Below, in pieces: positions 44,009 to 54,649 of a stretch of DNA of 64,000 bases. The notes beneath the pieces are model-generated. The model saw only the letters and a list, made by a program, of their open reading frames with translations, searched no databases and had not been told where the DNA came from. The position numbers were made by a program, and so were the translations under genes. The first letter of the stretch is position 1. Each line of letters starts with the position of its first letter. The stretch is taken from the NCBI GenBank assembly GCA_016185345.1, contig JACPNS010000013.1, forward strand, positions 10,432 through 74,431, in the 5' to 3' direction. The DNA is from Solirubrobacterales bacterium. Lineage in GTDB: Bacteria; Actinomycetota; Thermoleophilia; Solirubrobacterales; JACPNS01.

Positions 44009-45484
44009 TCACGCCGGCTGATTGACCGTCACACCAGCTGGCAGCCTGAGCGTGAATGTCGTTCCCCTCTCGCTGGTCTCGACGTTCAGCGAGCCCTTCA
44101 TCGCAGTCGCAAGCTCGCGAGCGATCGACAGGCCAAGTCCCGTCCCGCCGGTCTTGTTGCCGGTGTGGAAGCGGTCGAAGATCCGGCCGACATCCTCTGG
44201 CGGGATGCCGGTGCCGTTGTCACTGACCTTCAGCGCCACGCCGGATTCGTCGGAGACTGCGTCGATCGTCACGTCGGTTCCTGCCGGGTTGTGGAAGAGC
44301 GCGTTGTCCACGAGGATTCTCGCGATCTGCGCGACGCGGTCGGGGTCGCAGATCGCCTCGACGTCGTTTGCGACCTCGATGTCGATTTCGCTGTCCTGCT
44401 GCTCGGCGCGTAGGTCGAACTCTCGGGCGATCGAACGGGCGAGCGTGTTCAGGTTCACGTGTTCGGGCTGGATCGCCAGGGAACCGGTGTCGATCTTGGA
44501 CAGGTCGAGCAGATCGGTTGCGAGTCTGGTCATGCGGGTGATCTGCGCGTGCATCTGGTCGAGGAACTCACGCTGGGTCTCCTCGTCGAGTTCTTCCTCG
44601 CGCATCAGCTCGACGTAACCGCCGAGCGAAAAGAGCGGCGTGCGCAGCTCATGGCTCGCGTTGGCGATGAAGGCCTTGCGCGCACGGTCGGCGCGACCGA
44701 GTCGATCCTGCATCATGTTGAAGGCGCGCGTGACCTCTCCGATCTCATCCTGCGAGTCAACGACGAGCGGCTCGGTGAAGTTGCCGCCCGCGACCGAGCG
44801 CGCCGCGACCTCAAGTTTGCCCAGGCGTCGCGCCATGTAGGTCGATGCGAGGATGCCGACGAGCAGTGCGATCGCCAGTGCGATCACCGCAGATATGAGC
44901 TGGCGCCGCGCAACCTGCTGGACGATTGTGGTTGCGCCGGTGAGCGAAGTTGAAAAGACGACTGCGCCCGCCACGGTTCCAGTGCTGTCGATCAGTGGCA
45001 CGGCGGACTCGGCGTGCAGGCCGTTGCCGTAGTCGAGCACGCCCCAGGCCTTCTGCCTGGTCCGTACCGCGCGTTGAGCGATCGGATCCTCGAGAGTCTG
45101 GTCTCCGGGGGTCGAGGTCTCGGAGCTCGGGTCGTAGACGACCTTGAAACGGTCGATCGTGCCGATCGGTGTATCCACCGCCTCGGTTCGAAGTACAGCG
45201 ACGCGCTCGCCCGAAGACGCCGCAATCGGATCGAGCGTCGCCGGCCAGAGGCCCCCGGCGACCGGCGAATAGAGCTGCGGGTCGGCTTGCTTGAAGGTTG
45301 CCTCGACCCCGGGGCCGAAGCGATTGGCGGCCTCGCGCGTCGCGTTCACCTGATCGTTGCGCAGCCTCATCTCCAGGCGCGGTACGACGAGCAGGAAGTT
45401 CACAGCGACGGCAACCAGCGTGACGCCAAAGAACAGCAACGTGAGCTTCTCACGGATGCCCCATCTGAAACGTCGATCGTTCAC
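44009..45484 (-). CDS. sensor histidine kinase (TM, extracytoplasmic domain, HAMP, HisKA, HATPase_c)
   Basis: H-box SHELRTPL, N-box DNALFHN, G-boxes SDNGTGI and GTGLGLSI. Confidence 0.85.
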   Translation of the reverse strand: MNDRRFRWGIREKLTLLFFGVTLVAVAVNFLLVVPRLEMRLRNDQVNATREAANRFGPGVEATFKQADPQLYSPVAGGLWPATLDPIAASSGERVAVLRTEAVDTPIGTIDRFKVVYDPSSETSTPGDQTLEDPIAQRAVRTRQKAWGVLDYGNGLHAESAVPLIDSTGTVAGAVVFSTSLTGATTIVQQVARRQLISAVIALAIALLVGILASTYMARRLGKLEVAARSVAGGNFTEPLVVDSQDEIGEVTRAFNMMQDRLGRADRARKAFIANASHELRTPLFSLGGYVELMREEELDEETQREFLDQMHAQITRMTRLATDLLDLSKIDTGSLAIQPEHVNLNTLARSIAREFDLRAEQQDSEIDIEVANDVEAICDPDRVAQIARILVDNALFHNPAGTDVTIDAVSDESGVALKVSDNGTGIPPEDVGRIFDRFHTGNKTGGTGLGLSIARELATAMKGSLNVETSERGTTFTLRLPAGVTVNQPA

Positions 45485-45517
45485 TTTTGGTCTCGCCCCT
45501 TACCCGTGGGCGCGCGG

Positions 45518-46261
<744 letters not shown>

Positions 46262-46342
46262 GAAGTTGACTCTAGAGCTTCTGGCACGGGAAAACGGTTG
46301 CCGTAATCCCAGACCAACACGTCGTCAACTTAGACTGGGCGC

Positions 46343-48037
46343 GTGCCCGAGGGACTGCTTGCGCCGAGGCTTTACCGTGCCGCTTTCGCTCCGGCTCTAT
46401 TTGCGCTGATCGTGTTGGCGTTTTCGCTGCAGCAATCGCCGCGTTCGGTCGAGCCTGATCTGTCACCGCCGGGCTTCTCGGCGGCCCGAGCGGAGGTCTT
46501 CGCAAACCAGGCGGTTGAGAACTACGGCGCGCGCGAATCGGGCTCCTCGCAGGACACCAGTCTCGGCGACCTCGTCGACGCTCGTCTCGAGGCAGTCGGC
46601 TTCTCAACGACCAGCACTGCGTTCGACGCGACGACCCTGAGCGGCAAGCGCAGTCTGATGAACGTCGTGGGGACGCGACCTGGGCCGTCGGATCGCCGGC
46701 TGCTCGTAGTTGCTTCGCGCGATGGCTCTCCCGGGAAGCTCGCCAAAAACGGCGCGCTCGAAACCGGGATCCTTCTTGAGCTTGCTCGCGTGCTCGAAAG
46801 CCGCGCATTTGAGCACACGCTCGTCATGGCTTCGGTCAGCGGCGGGGTGGACGGCGGCCTCGGTACCGACAAGCTCGTGAAGAATCTGCGCGGCCCGTTC
46901 GACGCGATCATCGTACTGCGCAACGTCGGGGCCAAGAAGGTTGCGTTGCCCCTGTTGACCGACAGCGACTCGCGCCAGATGCCCGATGCGCGCTTCACCA
47001 GCACGCTCGGCCGGATCACAAGCCTGGAGATCGGTGGCGCGATCGACAAGAAGTCGCTCGCCAGCCAGCTCGTGCGGCTCGGCTTTCCGATCGCACTCGG
47101 GGAACAATCGACGCTCGCGGGTCAGGGACTGAACGGCGCGTCGGTCAGCCCCGGCGGTGACCCGCTGCGGCCCCCGACCGGGGACCCAACACAGATCGTC
47201 GCTGCAGTCGGACAGACCGCACTACGCGCGCTCACTACGTTTGATGATTCGATCCAGCCCGCGCCGCCAATCGCAACGCCGCTCAAGGTCGGCGGCAAGT
47301 TGGTTCCGCAGTGGGCGCTGGTCCTGCTGATCGGCGCCCTCTTCTTTCCGCTGATTGTCACTTCGATCGACTCATGGGCTCGTGCGAGGCGCTGGCGTCA
47401 TGTCAGCCGGCGCGGACTGCTCGCACCTGCAATCGCCACTGCCTGGCTTCTTCTGCTCGGCTTCCTGCTGCGCGGAGTTGGACTCACCGGTTTGATCGAC
47501 GCGCCGCCGCTTGCGCCTGACCCGGGTGCAGTCACTGGAGGCGGCTCGATTGCAGTTGGCATATTCGTCGGAATTCTCGCTGTGCTCGGCGTTCTCGTTG
47601 CCGCCGCTTCGGCGCGCCAGGCGACGCCAAAAGGCGGCGAGGCGGGCTTTGCAGTGTGGGTCGTGTTCACGGGGCTCGCCGTGTTCGTGGTCAATCCGAT
47701 TGCCGCTGGATTCTTGATCTTGTTGCTGCATCTCGTGGTCCTGCTGCTGTTGACCGGCGGCGCGAGACGGCGCCAGGTAATCGGATTTGGCCTGCTCGGA
47801 ATACTCCCGCTGGCCGCCGCCTTCGCCTATTTCCCGGCGGCGTTCGGCATTTCGCTTGCCGGATCGTTGCGTTATCTCGTCCTGCTCGAGGCCGGCGGGT
47901 TCATCGGTCCGCTGACGCTTGCAGCCGGTTGCGCGCTGACTGCTGCAACTTCTACGTCCTTGATCCACCTTTTCTGGTCCGCGCCGCGCGAACCAAAAAA
48001 CCGCCACCGACGCCCAACGTCAGATCCCTTTCAATAG
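46343..48037 (+). CDS. membrane protein with N-terminal M28-peptidase-like (possibly degenerate) domain and polytopic C-terminus
   Basis: An N-terminal TM segment. NVVGTRPG...LLVVASRDG...ETGILLELARVL resembles the M28 fold. About 6 C-terminal TM segments follow. Confidence 0.5.
   Translation: MPEGLLAPRLYRAAFAPALFALIVLAFSLQQSPRSVEPDLSPPGFSAARAEVFANQAVENYGARESGSSQDTSLGDLVDARLEAVGFSTTSTAFDATTLSGKRSLMNVVGTRPGPSDRRLLVVASRDGSPGKLAKNGALETGILLELARVLESRAFEHTLVMASVSGGVDGGLGTDKLVKNLRGPFDAIIVLRNVGAKKVALPLLTDSDSRQMPDARFTSTLGRITSLEIGGAIDKKSLASQLVRLGFPIALGEQSTLAGQGLNGASVSPGGDPLRPPTGDPTQIVAAVGQTALRALTTFDDSIQPAPPIATPLKVGGKLVPQWALVLLIGALFFPLIVTSIDSWARARRWRHVSRRGLLAPAIATAWLLLLGFLLRGVGLTGLIDAPPLAPDPGAVTGGGSIAVGIFVGILAVLGVLVAAASARQATPKGGEAGFAVWVVFTGLAVFVVNPIAAGFLILLLHLVVLLLLTGGARRRQVIGFGLLGILPLAAAFAYFPAAFGISLAGSLRYLVLLEAGGFIGPLTLAAGCALTAATSTSLIHLFWSAPREPKNRHRRPTSDPFQ
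46374..46434. repeat. exact 61-bp direct repeat, copy 2
   Basis: Here it encodes the N-terminal TM helix (YRAAFAPALFALIVLAFSLQQ) of gene 46343-48037. Confidence 0.9.
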
Positions 48038-48194
48038 TTGAGCGAAGGTTCGACATGTGTCGGATGTTGACTGGCACGCCACCTACCGACAACTTGATTG
48101 CAGCTCACCCCAAGTCCGCGGTCCAATCTGCAAAAAACCCCATATTGGCCCCCCCTAGCCCTCCGAGAGAGAAGTCGGAAGATTGCTACTCAGT

Positions 48195-48377
48195 ATGCCC
48201 CTAACCCCCGAAGATGTCGACGCGTACGTCGTCAACGAACAGCGAGTCGCGGAGGCTCTGCTGGCGAAGATCGACAAGCTGGCCGACGAGCGCGCACGCT
48301 TTCGCCGCTCCCTGATCTACTCAGTCGAAATGATCGAAACCCCGGATTTCGACGCGGGCTCCCTCGGGGTCGAGTAG
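48195..48377 (+). CDS. small helical hypothetical protein (60 aa)
   Basis: GC-rich third codon positions. It overlaps the convergent thiL 3' end by 57 nt and has no clear RBS. Confidence 0.3.
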   Translation: MPLTPEDVDAYVVNEQRVAEALLAKIDKLADERARFRRSLIYSVEMIETPDFDAGSLGVE

Positions 48378-49262
48378 CGCGGCTCCACTGCCTTCGGTCA
48401 CCCGACCGATTGCGGTCAGCGTTGTTCCGGTCTCGGCGACCGCTTTGCGAGCGGATTCCCAGCGCTCCTGCGGCAACGTGGCAAGCAGTTCGTATTCCTC
48501 TCCGCTTGCCGCGGCGAAGCGCGCATCGCTGACGGTCCCCGCAAGTGGGATCGATTCCAGTGAGATCTCCAAGCGGGCGCCGCTGGCCATGGCCACATGG
48601 CCGGCGTCGCGGGCGAGCCCGTCCGAGACATCGATCATCGCGGTCGCGCCGTTTGTTGCCAGCGCGGCCCCAGCTGCGAGCCGCGGCTTCGGGGCAAACT
48701 GTTTGGCGAGCGCCGGGTCGTCGGCAAAAGCGTCTCCGTTTGGCGGAATGCCACCGAGTAGTTGCGCGGCTCTGCCGAAGTCGCCGGTCACAGCGACGAC
48801 GTCTCCGGGTTTCGCGCCGGAGCGTCGGACTATCGCGTCCTCGGAGGCGGCGTATCCGACAACCGTCACGCTCAGCCACAGCTCGCCAGCGGCTGAAAGG
48901 TCGCCTCCGGCAACGACTACGCCGTGCGCAGTGGCGGCCGCCTCGATTCCATCAGCAAGCGCAGCGAAGTCTTCTTCGCTCAAGGACTTGGGTACGCCGG
49001 CGGCGATGTAGATCTCACCCGGAGTCACGCCCATCGCCGCGAGATCCGACAGCGCGATCGCTACGGCCTTATGGCCGACCGCCTCAAGCGGCCAGTCTGC
49101 AAGTGTGAAGTCGACGTTTTCAACCACGGAGTCCACGGAGGTGACCGCCACTGCTCCTCCCGGGATCACGACAGCGGCGTCGTCGCCGCTCGGTACGACA
49201 ATTCGAGCCGCCGAGCCGCCGAAGCGTTCGACCAGGCTGTGGATTCGAGATGTTTCAGACAT
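48321..49262 (-). CDS. thiL: thiamine-monophosphate kinase
   Basis: The ATG at 49262 gives MSETSRIHSLVERFG. Other motifs: GDDAAV, DLAAMG, C-terminal GFDHFD. Confidence 0.85.
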   Translation of the reverse strand: MSETSRIHSLVERFGGSAARIVVPSGDDAAVVIPGGAVAVTSVDSVVENVDFTLADWPLEAVGHKAVAIALSDLAAMGVTPGEIYIAAGVPKSLSEEDFAALADGIEAAATAHGVVVAGGDLSAAGELWLSVTVVGYAASEDAIVRRSGAKPGDVVAVTGDFGRAAQLLGGIPPNGDAFADDPALAKQFAPKPRLAAGAALATNGATAMIDVSDGLARDAGHVAMASGARLEISLESIPLAGTVSDARFAAASGEEYELLATLPQERWESARKAVAETGTTLTAIGRVTEGSGAALLDPEGARVEIRGFDHFD

Positions 49263-50569
49263 CAGAAGGGAATTGCGATGATCAGCGAGTACGCGGTCAG
49301 AGCGATTGTGGCGATCTGCAGCCCGCGGCACTTACCGAGCGCGGCAAACGGCAACAGCCAGAGCAAGTACCAGGGCACGAGCCACGCGGAGGCGAGTAGC
49401 ACGCCGAATGTCGCCCAGCCGGCGTTGCCGAGCCAGGTATCCGGTTGCTTGTAGCTGCGCCAGATCAAGTAGGCAACGACCGCGGCGAGGATGACCACCA
49501 ACGCCATCCGCACCACGTCGGTGGCCACGCCGCGATCAACCCCAATCACTGCGTCGACCCCGTCGACGGTCACGTGAGGCAGCGACCAGCTGCTCGAGCG
49601 GTCCTGGTTTGAGGAGATCAGGTTCAAACCATTCAGAGCGTCCGAGCCAAACGCTACCAGTGCGGTGACGACAGTGAGGACCGCCGCGCCGAGCATCGCA
49701 AGGAACATCGCGAGCTTGCGCTGAGCCGCGGCGAGCATGAACACGAGCGGGACGGCGGCCGATGCTTTGACTCCGATTGCCAGCGCGCTGATGAATCCCC
49801 CAGCTGCGTCGCCCGCGCCGTCATCGCGCGAGAAAGCAAATGCAATGCCTAAGAACACGATCAACATCGTCAGCGCTTCGTTGTGGGCGCCGGCGACCAC
49901 GTGAACGAGCGTTGCGGGCGAGAGCCCGACGATTGCGATCGCACGCACGCCGTCGGCACCCACTTTTGCGGCGATGGACTTGACGAGGAGCACGAGTCCA
50001 AGGCTGGATGCAACGGAGACGAGCTTCAAAGACCAGAAGGCAACTGCAACGCTGACCCAGGCCAACGGATACGTGAAGAGCGTGAAGAACGGGCCATAGA
50101 CATCGACAGCGTCCTTGGATCCCGCGAAGCCAAATACGGGGTCGCTCGGAATGTCGAAAGGCCGGGAGTCGTACGGGTTCAGCCCGTGCTCAATGCCGAG
50201 ACGGGCGTATGCGATGTAGCTGAAGACGTCCTGCGAGAGCAGCGGCGGCGCAAGAAAAAAGACCGCATGCAGGCCGACGACAGACCACAACAGCCAGCTC
50301 ACGGGCAGCTTTGGCGCAAACCACACGACCAGCGCCCAGAGCAATGCTGACAGCATCAACGGCAGGTAATAGATCCAGCCCGCGTTGGGGCCAGCGAGCG
50401 ACTCCGCACCAAAGACTCGATAGATCCCGATCAGCCAGGTGGGTGATCCGCCAACGGTTGCGAGCACGATCTGCGAGCCGACGACGGCCGGCGCCACCGC
50501 GAGCCAGAGGAATACAAGAACGAGCGCTCCGAGAGCCGCTTGCGCCCAGCGCAAACCGGCTTGAGTCAC
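49262..50569 (-). CDS. polytopic GT-C-type glycosyltransferase-like membrane protein (GT87/DUF2029/MptB-like)
   Basis: The GTG at 50569 overlaps the PBP stop. More than 10 TM segments, with the motif LSQDVFSYIAYARLG..GLNPY. The upstream part of track ORF 49262-50863 is an Arg-rich overlap artefact. Confidence 0.6.
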   Translation of the reverse strand: MTQAGLRWAQAALGALVLVFLWLAVAPAVVGSQIVLATVGGSPTWLIGIYRVFGAESLAGPNAGWIYYLPLMLSALLWALVVWFAPKLPVSWLLWSVVGLHAVFFLAPPLLSQDVFSYIAYARLGIEHGLNPYDSRPFDIPSDPVFGFAGSKDAVDVYGPFFTLFTYPLAWVSVAVAFWSLKLVSVASSLGLVLLVKSIAAKVGADGVRAIAIVGLSPATLVHVVAGAHNEALTMLIVFLGIAFAFSRDDGAGDAAGGFISALAIGVKASAAVPLVFMLAAAQRKLAMFLAMLGAAVLTVVTALVAFGSDALNGLNLISSNQDRSSSWSLPHVTVDGVDAVIGVDRGVATDVVRMALVVILAAVVAYLIWRSYKQPDTWLGNAGWATFGVLLASAWLVPWYLLWLLPFAALGKCRGLQIATIALTAYSLIIAIPF

Positions 50570-52698
50570 TGGCCGGGCGCCGCGCCGCCGGGCGCCGCGG
50601 GTGCTGGCGTCTCGGGCTGCTGAGGTGTCTCCTGCGGGGCGTCGTTGCCTCCGCCGTCGCTGCCTCCGCCACCGTTTTCGGTGGCCGGCTTCTTCTTGCC
50701 CTCGGTGTAGGTCTTCTTCTTGTCGTCGAGCGCATCGTTCGTGCCCTCGGATCTGCCCTGTCGGGCGTACTTGCCCGAGAACGGCTTCGAGACGAACGGC
50801 GTCTCGGGCTTCGGGAAGTCCTCGCAGCGGTCGCCGATCGCGGCCTTCATGAACTTGGTCCAAATGTCGGTCGGGAGCGTTCCTCCGGCGACGCTGGCCA
50901 CGCCTTCAACGTTGTTCATCGAGCGCTGCGCGTTCGGGTAACCCATCCACGTTGCGGTGGCGAGCGTGGGCGTGTACCCGACGAGCCAGGCGTCGCGGAA
51001 GTTGTCGGTCGTTCCAGTCTTGCCGGCGGCCGGACAGGTGAAGCCACCCCTGCGCACGCCGGTCGCAGTGCCGGCGGCGACGTTCTGCTCGAGAATCTTC
51101 GTCACTTCGTAGGCCTCGCCGTCGGTGAAGACGCGCTTTCGCTGGACCTTGTAGGTGCTGTCGTTCGTGGTTCCGGGGAAGTCCACCTTCGATATGACCA
51201 ACTGCTTGGAGCGGATACCACCGGCGGCGAGTGTCGCGTAAGCCTGGCTCATCTCAAGCGGCGAGACGCCGTTCTCGAGGCCGCCGAGACCCTCCGCCGG
51301 GTACCCGTTGAGTTTCGAGCGGATACCCATCATCCGCGCCGTGCGCTTGACGTTGTTCGGGCCGACATCCATGTCGAGCTGGATGTAGACCGAGTTGTCC
51401 GAGGCGACCGTGGCCTTCACGAGGTTCTGGCTTCCGCTGTAGGTATTCGCGTAGGTCGCGACCTTGATCGGTCCCCAGGGCGTGTTCTTGATGTCAATCG
51501 GGCGCGACGTGTACGTCGTAGTGGCGGGATCGATCCCCTGGCGGATCGCCGTGAGCAAGACCATCGTTTTGAAGGCCGAGCCCGGCTGGCGCGAGCCCTG
51601 CGCTGCAAGGTTGAACTGACTCTGTCCGTAACCGCCGCTGCTTGCCATCGCGCGCACGTACCCCGTGCGCGGATCGGTCGCAACGATTGCGCTCGACGGG
51701 TCGCCCGGTGTGGGAAGCGTGGATTTGATCGCCTCGCGCGCAGCAGTCTGAAGGCGCGGGTCAATCGTCGTGTAGATCTTCAGACCGCCCTTTCGCACGG
51801 TGTTGATTCCGTACTTGTCGATCAGCTGTTGCTTGACGTAGTCAAAGAAGTACGGCTCACGGATCTTCGTGTAGCGCGTTCCGCGGTCCAGGCGCAGCTT
51901 GCTTTGTGCGGCCGCATCGGCCTCGGCCCGAGTGATGTACCCGCGCTCGGCCATCTTGTCGAGTACTTCCGCGCGGCGCACGAGCGCCGCCTGCGGATTG
52001 AGGAAGGGGTTGTAGTCGGTCGGCGCCTGGGGCAGCCCGGCGAGCATCGCGCACTCAGAGAGGTTGAGGTCGTTCGCGTTCTTGGCAAAGAAGGTCTGCC
52101 CAGCGGCCTGCAGTCCCATTGCTGACTGGCCGCCGACTGTGCCGTACGGTGCGGTGTTCAGGTACTGACCGAGGATCCAGGTTTTGCTGCGCTGGCGCTC
52201 GAGTTCGTTGGCGAGCTTTGCCTCGCGGATCTTGCGCTTGAAGTCACGTTTCGGGTCCGATATGTAAAGGTTGCGCACGAGCTGCATCGTGATCGTCGAT
52301 CCACCTTGGACGGTCTTTCCACTGCTTGCGTTCTTAACTGCTGCACGCACGATCGCCGTGTAGTCCACGCCGCCGTGCTCATAGAAGCGCTCGTCCTCGA
52401 TTGCGATCGTCGCGTCCTTGCAGTCCTGCGGAAGGCGTTTCCAGGCGACCGGCGTGCTGATCTCGTCGGCTTGGATGTATCCGAGCAACTCGCCGTTGGC
52501 GGCGTATACGGCGGAAGTGAGACCGCGGTTGACCGGCTTGCCCAGCGGCGGCGCGCCGTTGGCGAGTGCAATCACGTATCCGATTGCCGAAAATCCTGCG
52601 ATCGCGCCCAGCGACACGAGTACGACCAGTCCAATCGCCAAGGGGCGATGGGCGGTGCCGCGCCGCGAGCGGCGTTTGCGTCTTTCTCGTGCAGTCAT
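50566..52698 (-). CDS. class A penicillin-binding protein (glycosyltransferase plus transpeptidase)
   Basis: GT51 motifs IEDERFYEHGGVD and GGSTITMQL. Transpeptidase motifs SAFK, SDN and KTGTT. The C-terminal tail is low complexity. Confidence 0.9.
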   Translation of the reverse strand: MTARERRKRRSRRGTAHRPLAIGLVVLVSLGAIAGFSAIGYVIALANGAPPLGKPVNRGLTSAVYAANGELLGYIQADEISTPVAWKRLPQDCKDATIAIEDERFYEHGGVDYTAIVRAAVKNASSGKTVQGGSTITMQLVRNLYISDPKRDFKRKIREAKLANELERQRSKTWILGQYLNTAPYGTVGGQSAMGLQAAGQTFFAKNANDLNLSECAMLAGLPQAPTDYNPFLNPQAALVRRAEVLDKMAERGYITRAEADAAAQSKLRLDRGTRYTKIREPYFFDYVKQQLIDKYGINTVRKGGLKIYTTIDPRLQTAAREAIKSTLPTPGDPSSAIVATDPRTGYVRAMASSGGYGQSQFNLAAQGSRQPGSAFKTMVLLTAIRQGIDPATTTYTSRPIDIKNTPWGPIKVATYANTYSGSQNLVKATVASDNSVYIQLDMDVGPNNVKRTARMMGIRSKLNGYPAEGLGGLENGVSPLEMSQAYATLAAGGIRSKQLVISKVDFPGTTNDSTYKVQRKRVFTDGEAYEVTKILEQNVAAGTATGVRRGGFTCPAAGKTGTTDNFRDAWLVGYTPTLATATWMGYPNAQRSMNNVEGVASVAGGTLPTDIWTKFMKAAIGDRCEDFPKPETPFVSKPFSGKYARQGRSEGTNDALDDKKKTYTEGKKKPATENGGGGSDGGGNDAPQETPQQPETPAPAAPGGAAPGQ

Positions 52699-52823
52699 CC
52701 TGGGGGTGTTCGTGCGTTCTCTGAATCTTCGCCGAGGCGCGGTACAAACCTGCGCTTCGCTGCGCGATCACACAGCTACAGAACACACACAGAACACACT
52801 CTCGGGCGTGTTCGATGCGGTGC

Positions 52824-53615
52824 TCAGGCAGCTTGCGAAGGCCCTTCCAGCATACCGGCGTCGCTCAAAATCGCCACTACTTGCTCGCGGGTGGCAAATC
52901 GCTGGGTGGCCTCGTGGCCAGCGGTGGTGCTGAAGGAGATGAGAATCTCGAAGCGATCAACCGCGCAATCGCCGAGCGAAATCGTTGTGTCGTCGAGCTT
53001 CTCTCGCAGCAGCTGAATCGCGGCAGTGGCCTTGTTGGGCGCAATCTCGATCGAAGCATCGACATCGACGACCGTCCCGGCGATCGTGTAGTTCTCGAGC
53101 GGCGTCGTCGCGATCGCCTCGTTTGGTATCACCAGTCGGTGCCCGGAGGGGAGCCTTACGAAGGTGTAGGTCAGCGTGATGTCCTCGACGCGCCCGCGAT
53201 TGTCCTGCCACGCAATCACGTCGCCTATGCGGAATGGCTGCACCGTGGCGAGCATCATTCCCGAGACTGCGTTGGCGAGCACTGCACGAGACGCAAGACC
53301 GACCGCCACTCCGACAACGGCGCTTGATGCCAACAGCGCGGTCCCCAGTGGTTTCAGTGCGTCAATCTGCGCGAGCGCGAGGAAGATACCGAGCATTGCG
53401 ATGCTGAGGACGATCAGTCTGCGCACCAGTCGCAGGCGCGTGACGGCCGATTTGCTCAGCGGCTCGCTGTCGCGAACGCTGGAAATGCGCATCGAGCTGC
53501 GCTGGAGGAATCTGTCGACGAGTTTTGCCACGACAAGCGCGACGACGCTGATCGCGAGCGCAATTATCCACTGCGAGTTGGCGTCGATGAAAGTGGCTTT
53601 GGCGAGGATCAGCAT
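52824..53615 (-). CDS. mechanosensitive ion channel (MscS) family protein
   Basis: The ATG at 53615 is preferred. Three TM segments, then VQPFRIGDVIAW..NRGRVEDITLTYTFVRL.SGHRLVIPNE. Confidence 0.75.
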   Translation of the reverse strand: MLILAKATFIDANSQWIIALAISVVALVVAKLVDRFLQRSSMRISSVRDSEPLSKSAVTRLRLVRRLIVLSIAMLGIFLALAQIDALKPLGTALLASSAVVGVAVGLASRAVLANAVSGMMLATVQPFRIGDVIAWQDNRGRVEDITLTYTFVRLPSGHRLVIPNEAIATTPLENYTIAGTVVDVDASIEIAPNKATAAIQLLREKLDDTTISLGDCAVDRFEILISFSTTAGHEATQRFATREQVVAILSDAGMLEGPSQAA

Positions 53616-53647
53616 GGGCAACCGGTTCTTCGGCCACAATATGCCGC

Positions 53648-54649
53648 GTGACCGACGCTCCCTTTGATCCGCCGACCGGCGAGCCGCGACCTCTGCCCGA
53701 GATGCCCGTCGCTGGTCCGCCTGTCGTGCCCCCTCCAACGACGCCGCTGCCCCCCGGAACGCCCCCTCCCGGATCGCTCGGTCCGACCGGTGCGGAGCGC
53801 TGGCGTTGGTACTACGCGGCCTACGCGTTCTTCGGCTCGTTGATCGTGTCGCAGGTCGTGGTGCTCGTCATCGGTGGTATCTGGGCCGCCGTAGGGGACA
53901 AGGATCTCACGCAGTTGCAGGACAGCTCCGGCTTCATCGTTGCTGCCTCGGCGGTCAACGAACTCTTCTTCATCGCCACGGCCGTCTTCGTCGCCCGCAT
54001 GTCCGGGAGCTTCCATTGGCGGGACTTCGGCCTCGTTCGCTCGCCGTTGCGGAGAACGGTCGTGTTGACCGTCGCGATGCTGATCAGTTACTTCGCGTTC
54101 CTCGCGATCTACAGCCAGCTTGTGCAGCTCGCTCCCGATGACGCACCCGAGAAGCTGGGGGCAAACGCAGGCAACCTGCAGATGCTCTTCTTCGCACTAC
54201 TGGTAGCGGTGCTCGCCCCGATTGCCGAGGAGGTCTTCTTCCGAGGGATGATCTTCCGCGCGCTGTGGAATGGGATCGGACTCTGGCCCGCCGCGATCGT
54301 TTCGGCACTGCTCTTCGGATCGCTCCATTTTGACGCGTTGACCAGCGAGCGCCTGCTTCAGGTGATCCCGATTGCAGTGCTTGGCATCTCGTTCGCACTG
54401 CTCTATGCGTGGAGCGGAACCCTCTACGCGGCGATTGCACTGCACGCGACCAACAACGCGGTCGCGGTGGCTGCGTTCGCAGAGAAAAACAACTCTGACT
54501 TCGGCCTGGCGCTTGTCGCAGTGCTCTGGGTTCTGATGATGTTGGGCTGCGGGCTGGGGCACCGTTTGACAGACAAACGGATCGAGCGTCCGAGGGGTGG
54601 ACTCACGGGCGGCGGCGACGGCCCCGTCGAATATGCTGTACCGAGATGA
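53648..54649 (+). CDS. CPBP (CAAX) family intramembrane glutamic protease
   Basis: EEVFFRG, FGSLH and HATNN motifs, with a Pro-rich N-terminus. Confidence 0.75.
   Translation: MTDAPFDPPTGEPRPLPEMPVAGPPVVPPPTTPLPPGTPPPGSLGPTGAERWRWYYAAYAFFGSLIVSQVVVLVIGGIWAAVGDKDLTQLQDSSGFIVAASAVNELFFIATAVFVARMSGSFHWRDFGLVRSPLRRTVVLTVAMLISYFAFLAIYSQLVQLAPDDAPEKLGANAGNLQMLFFALLVAVLAPIAEEVFFRGMIFRALWNGIGLWPAAIVSALLFGSLHFDALTSERLLQVIPIAVLGISFALLYAWSGTLYAAIALHATNNAVAVAAFAEKNNSDFGLALVAVLWVLMMLGCGLGHRLTDKRIERPRGGLTGGGDGPVEYAVPR

Noticed and set aside
50570-50863. N-terminal extension of track ORF 49262-50863
   Set aside because: It is an Arg-rich stretch overlapping the PBP 3' end. A GTG at 50569 overlapping the PBP stop gives a sensible all-membrane protein.
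50311-52125. 604-aa plus-strand ORF
   Set aside because: It is antisense to the class A PBP (GT51 and SxxK/SxN/KTG motifs). This is a shadow ORF.
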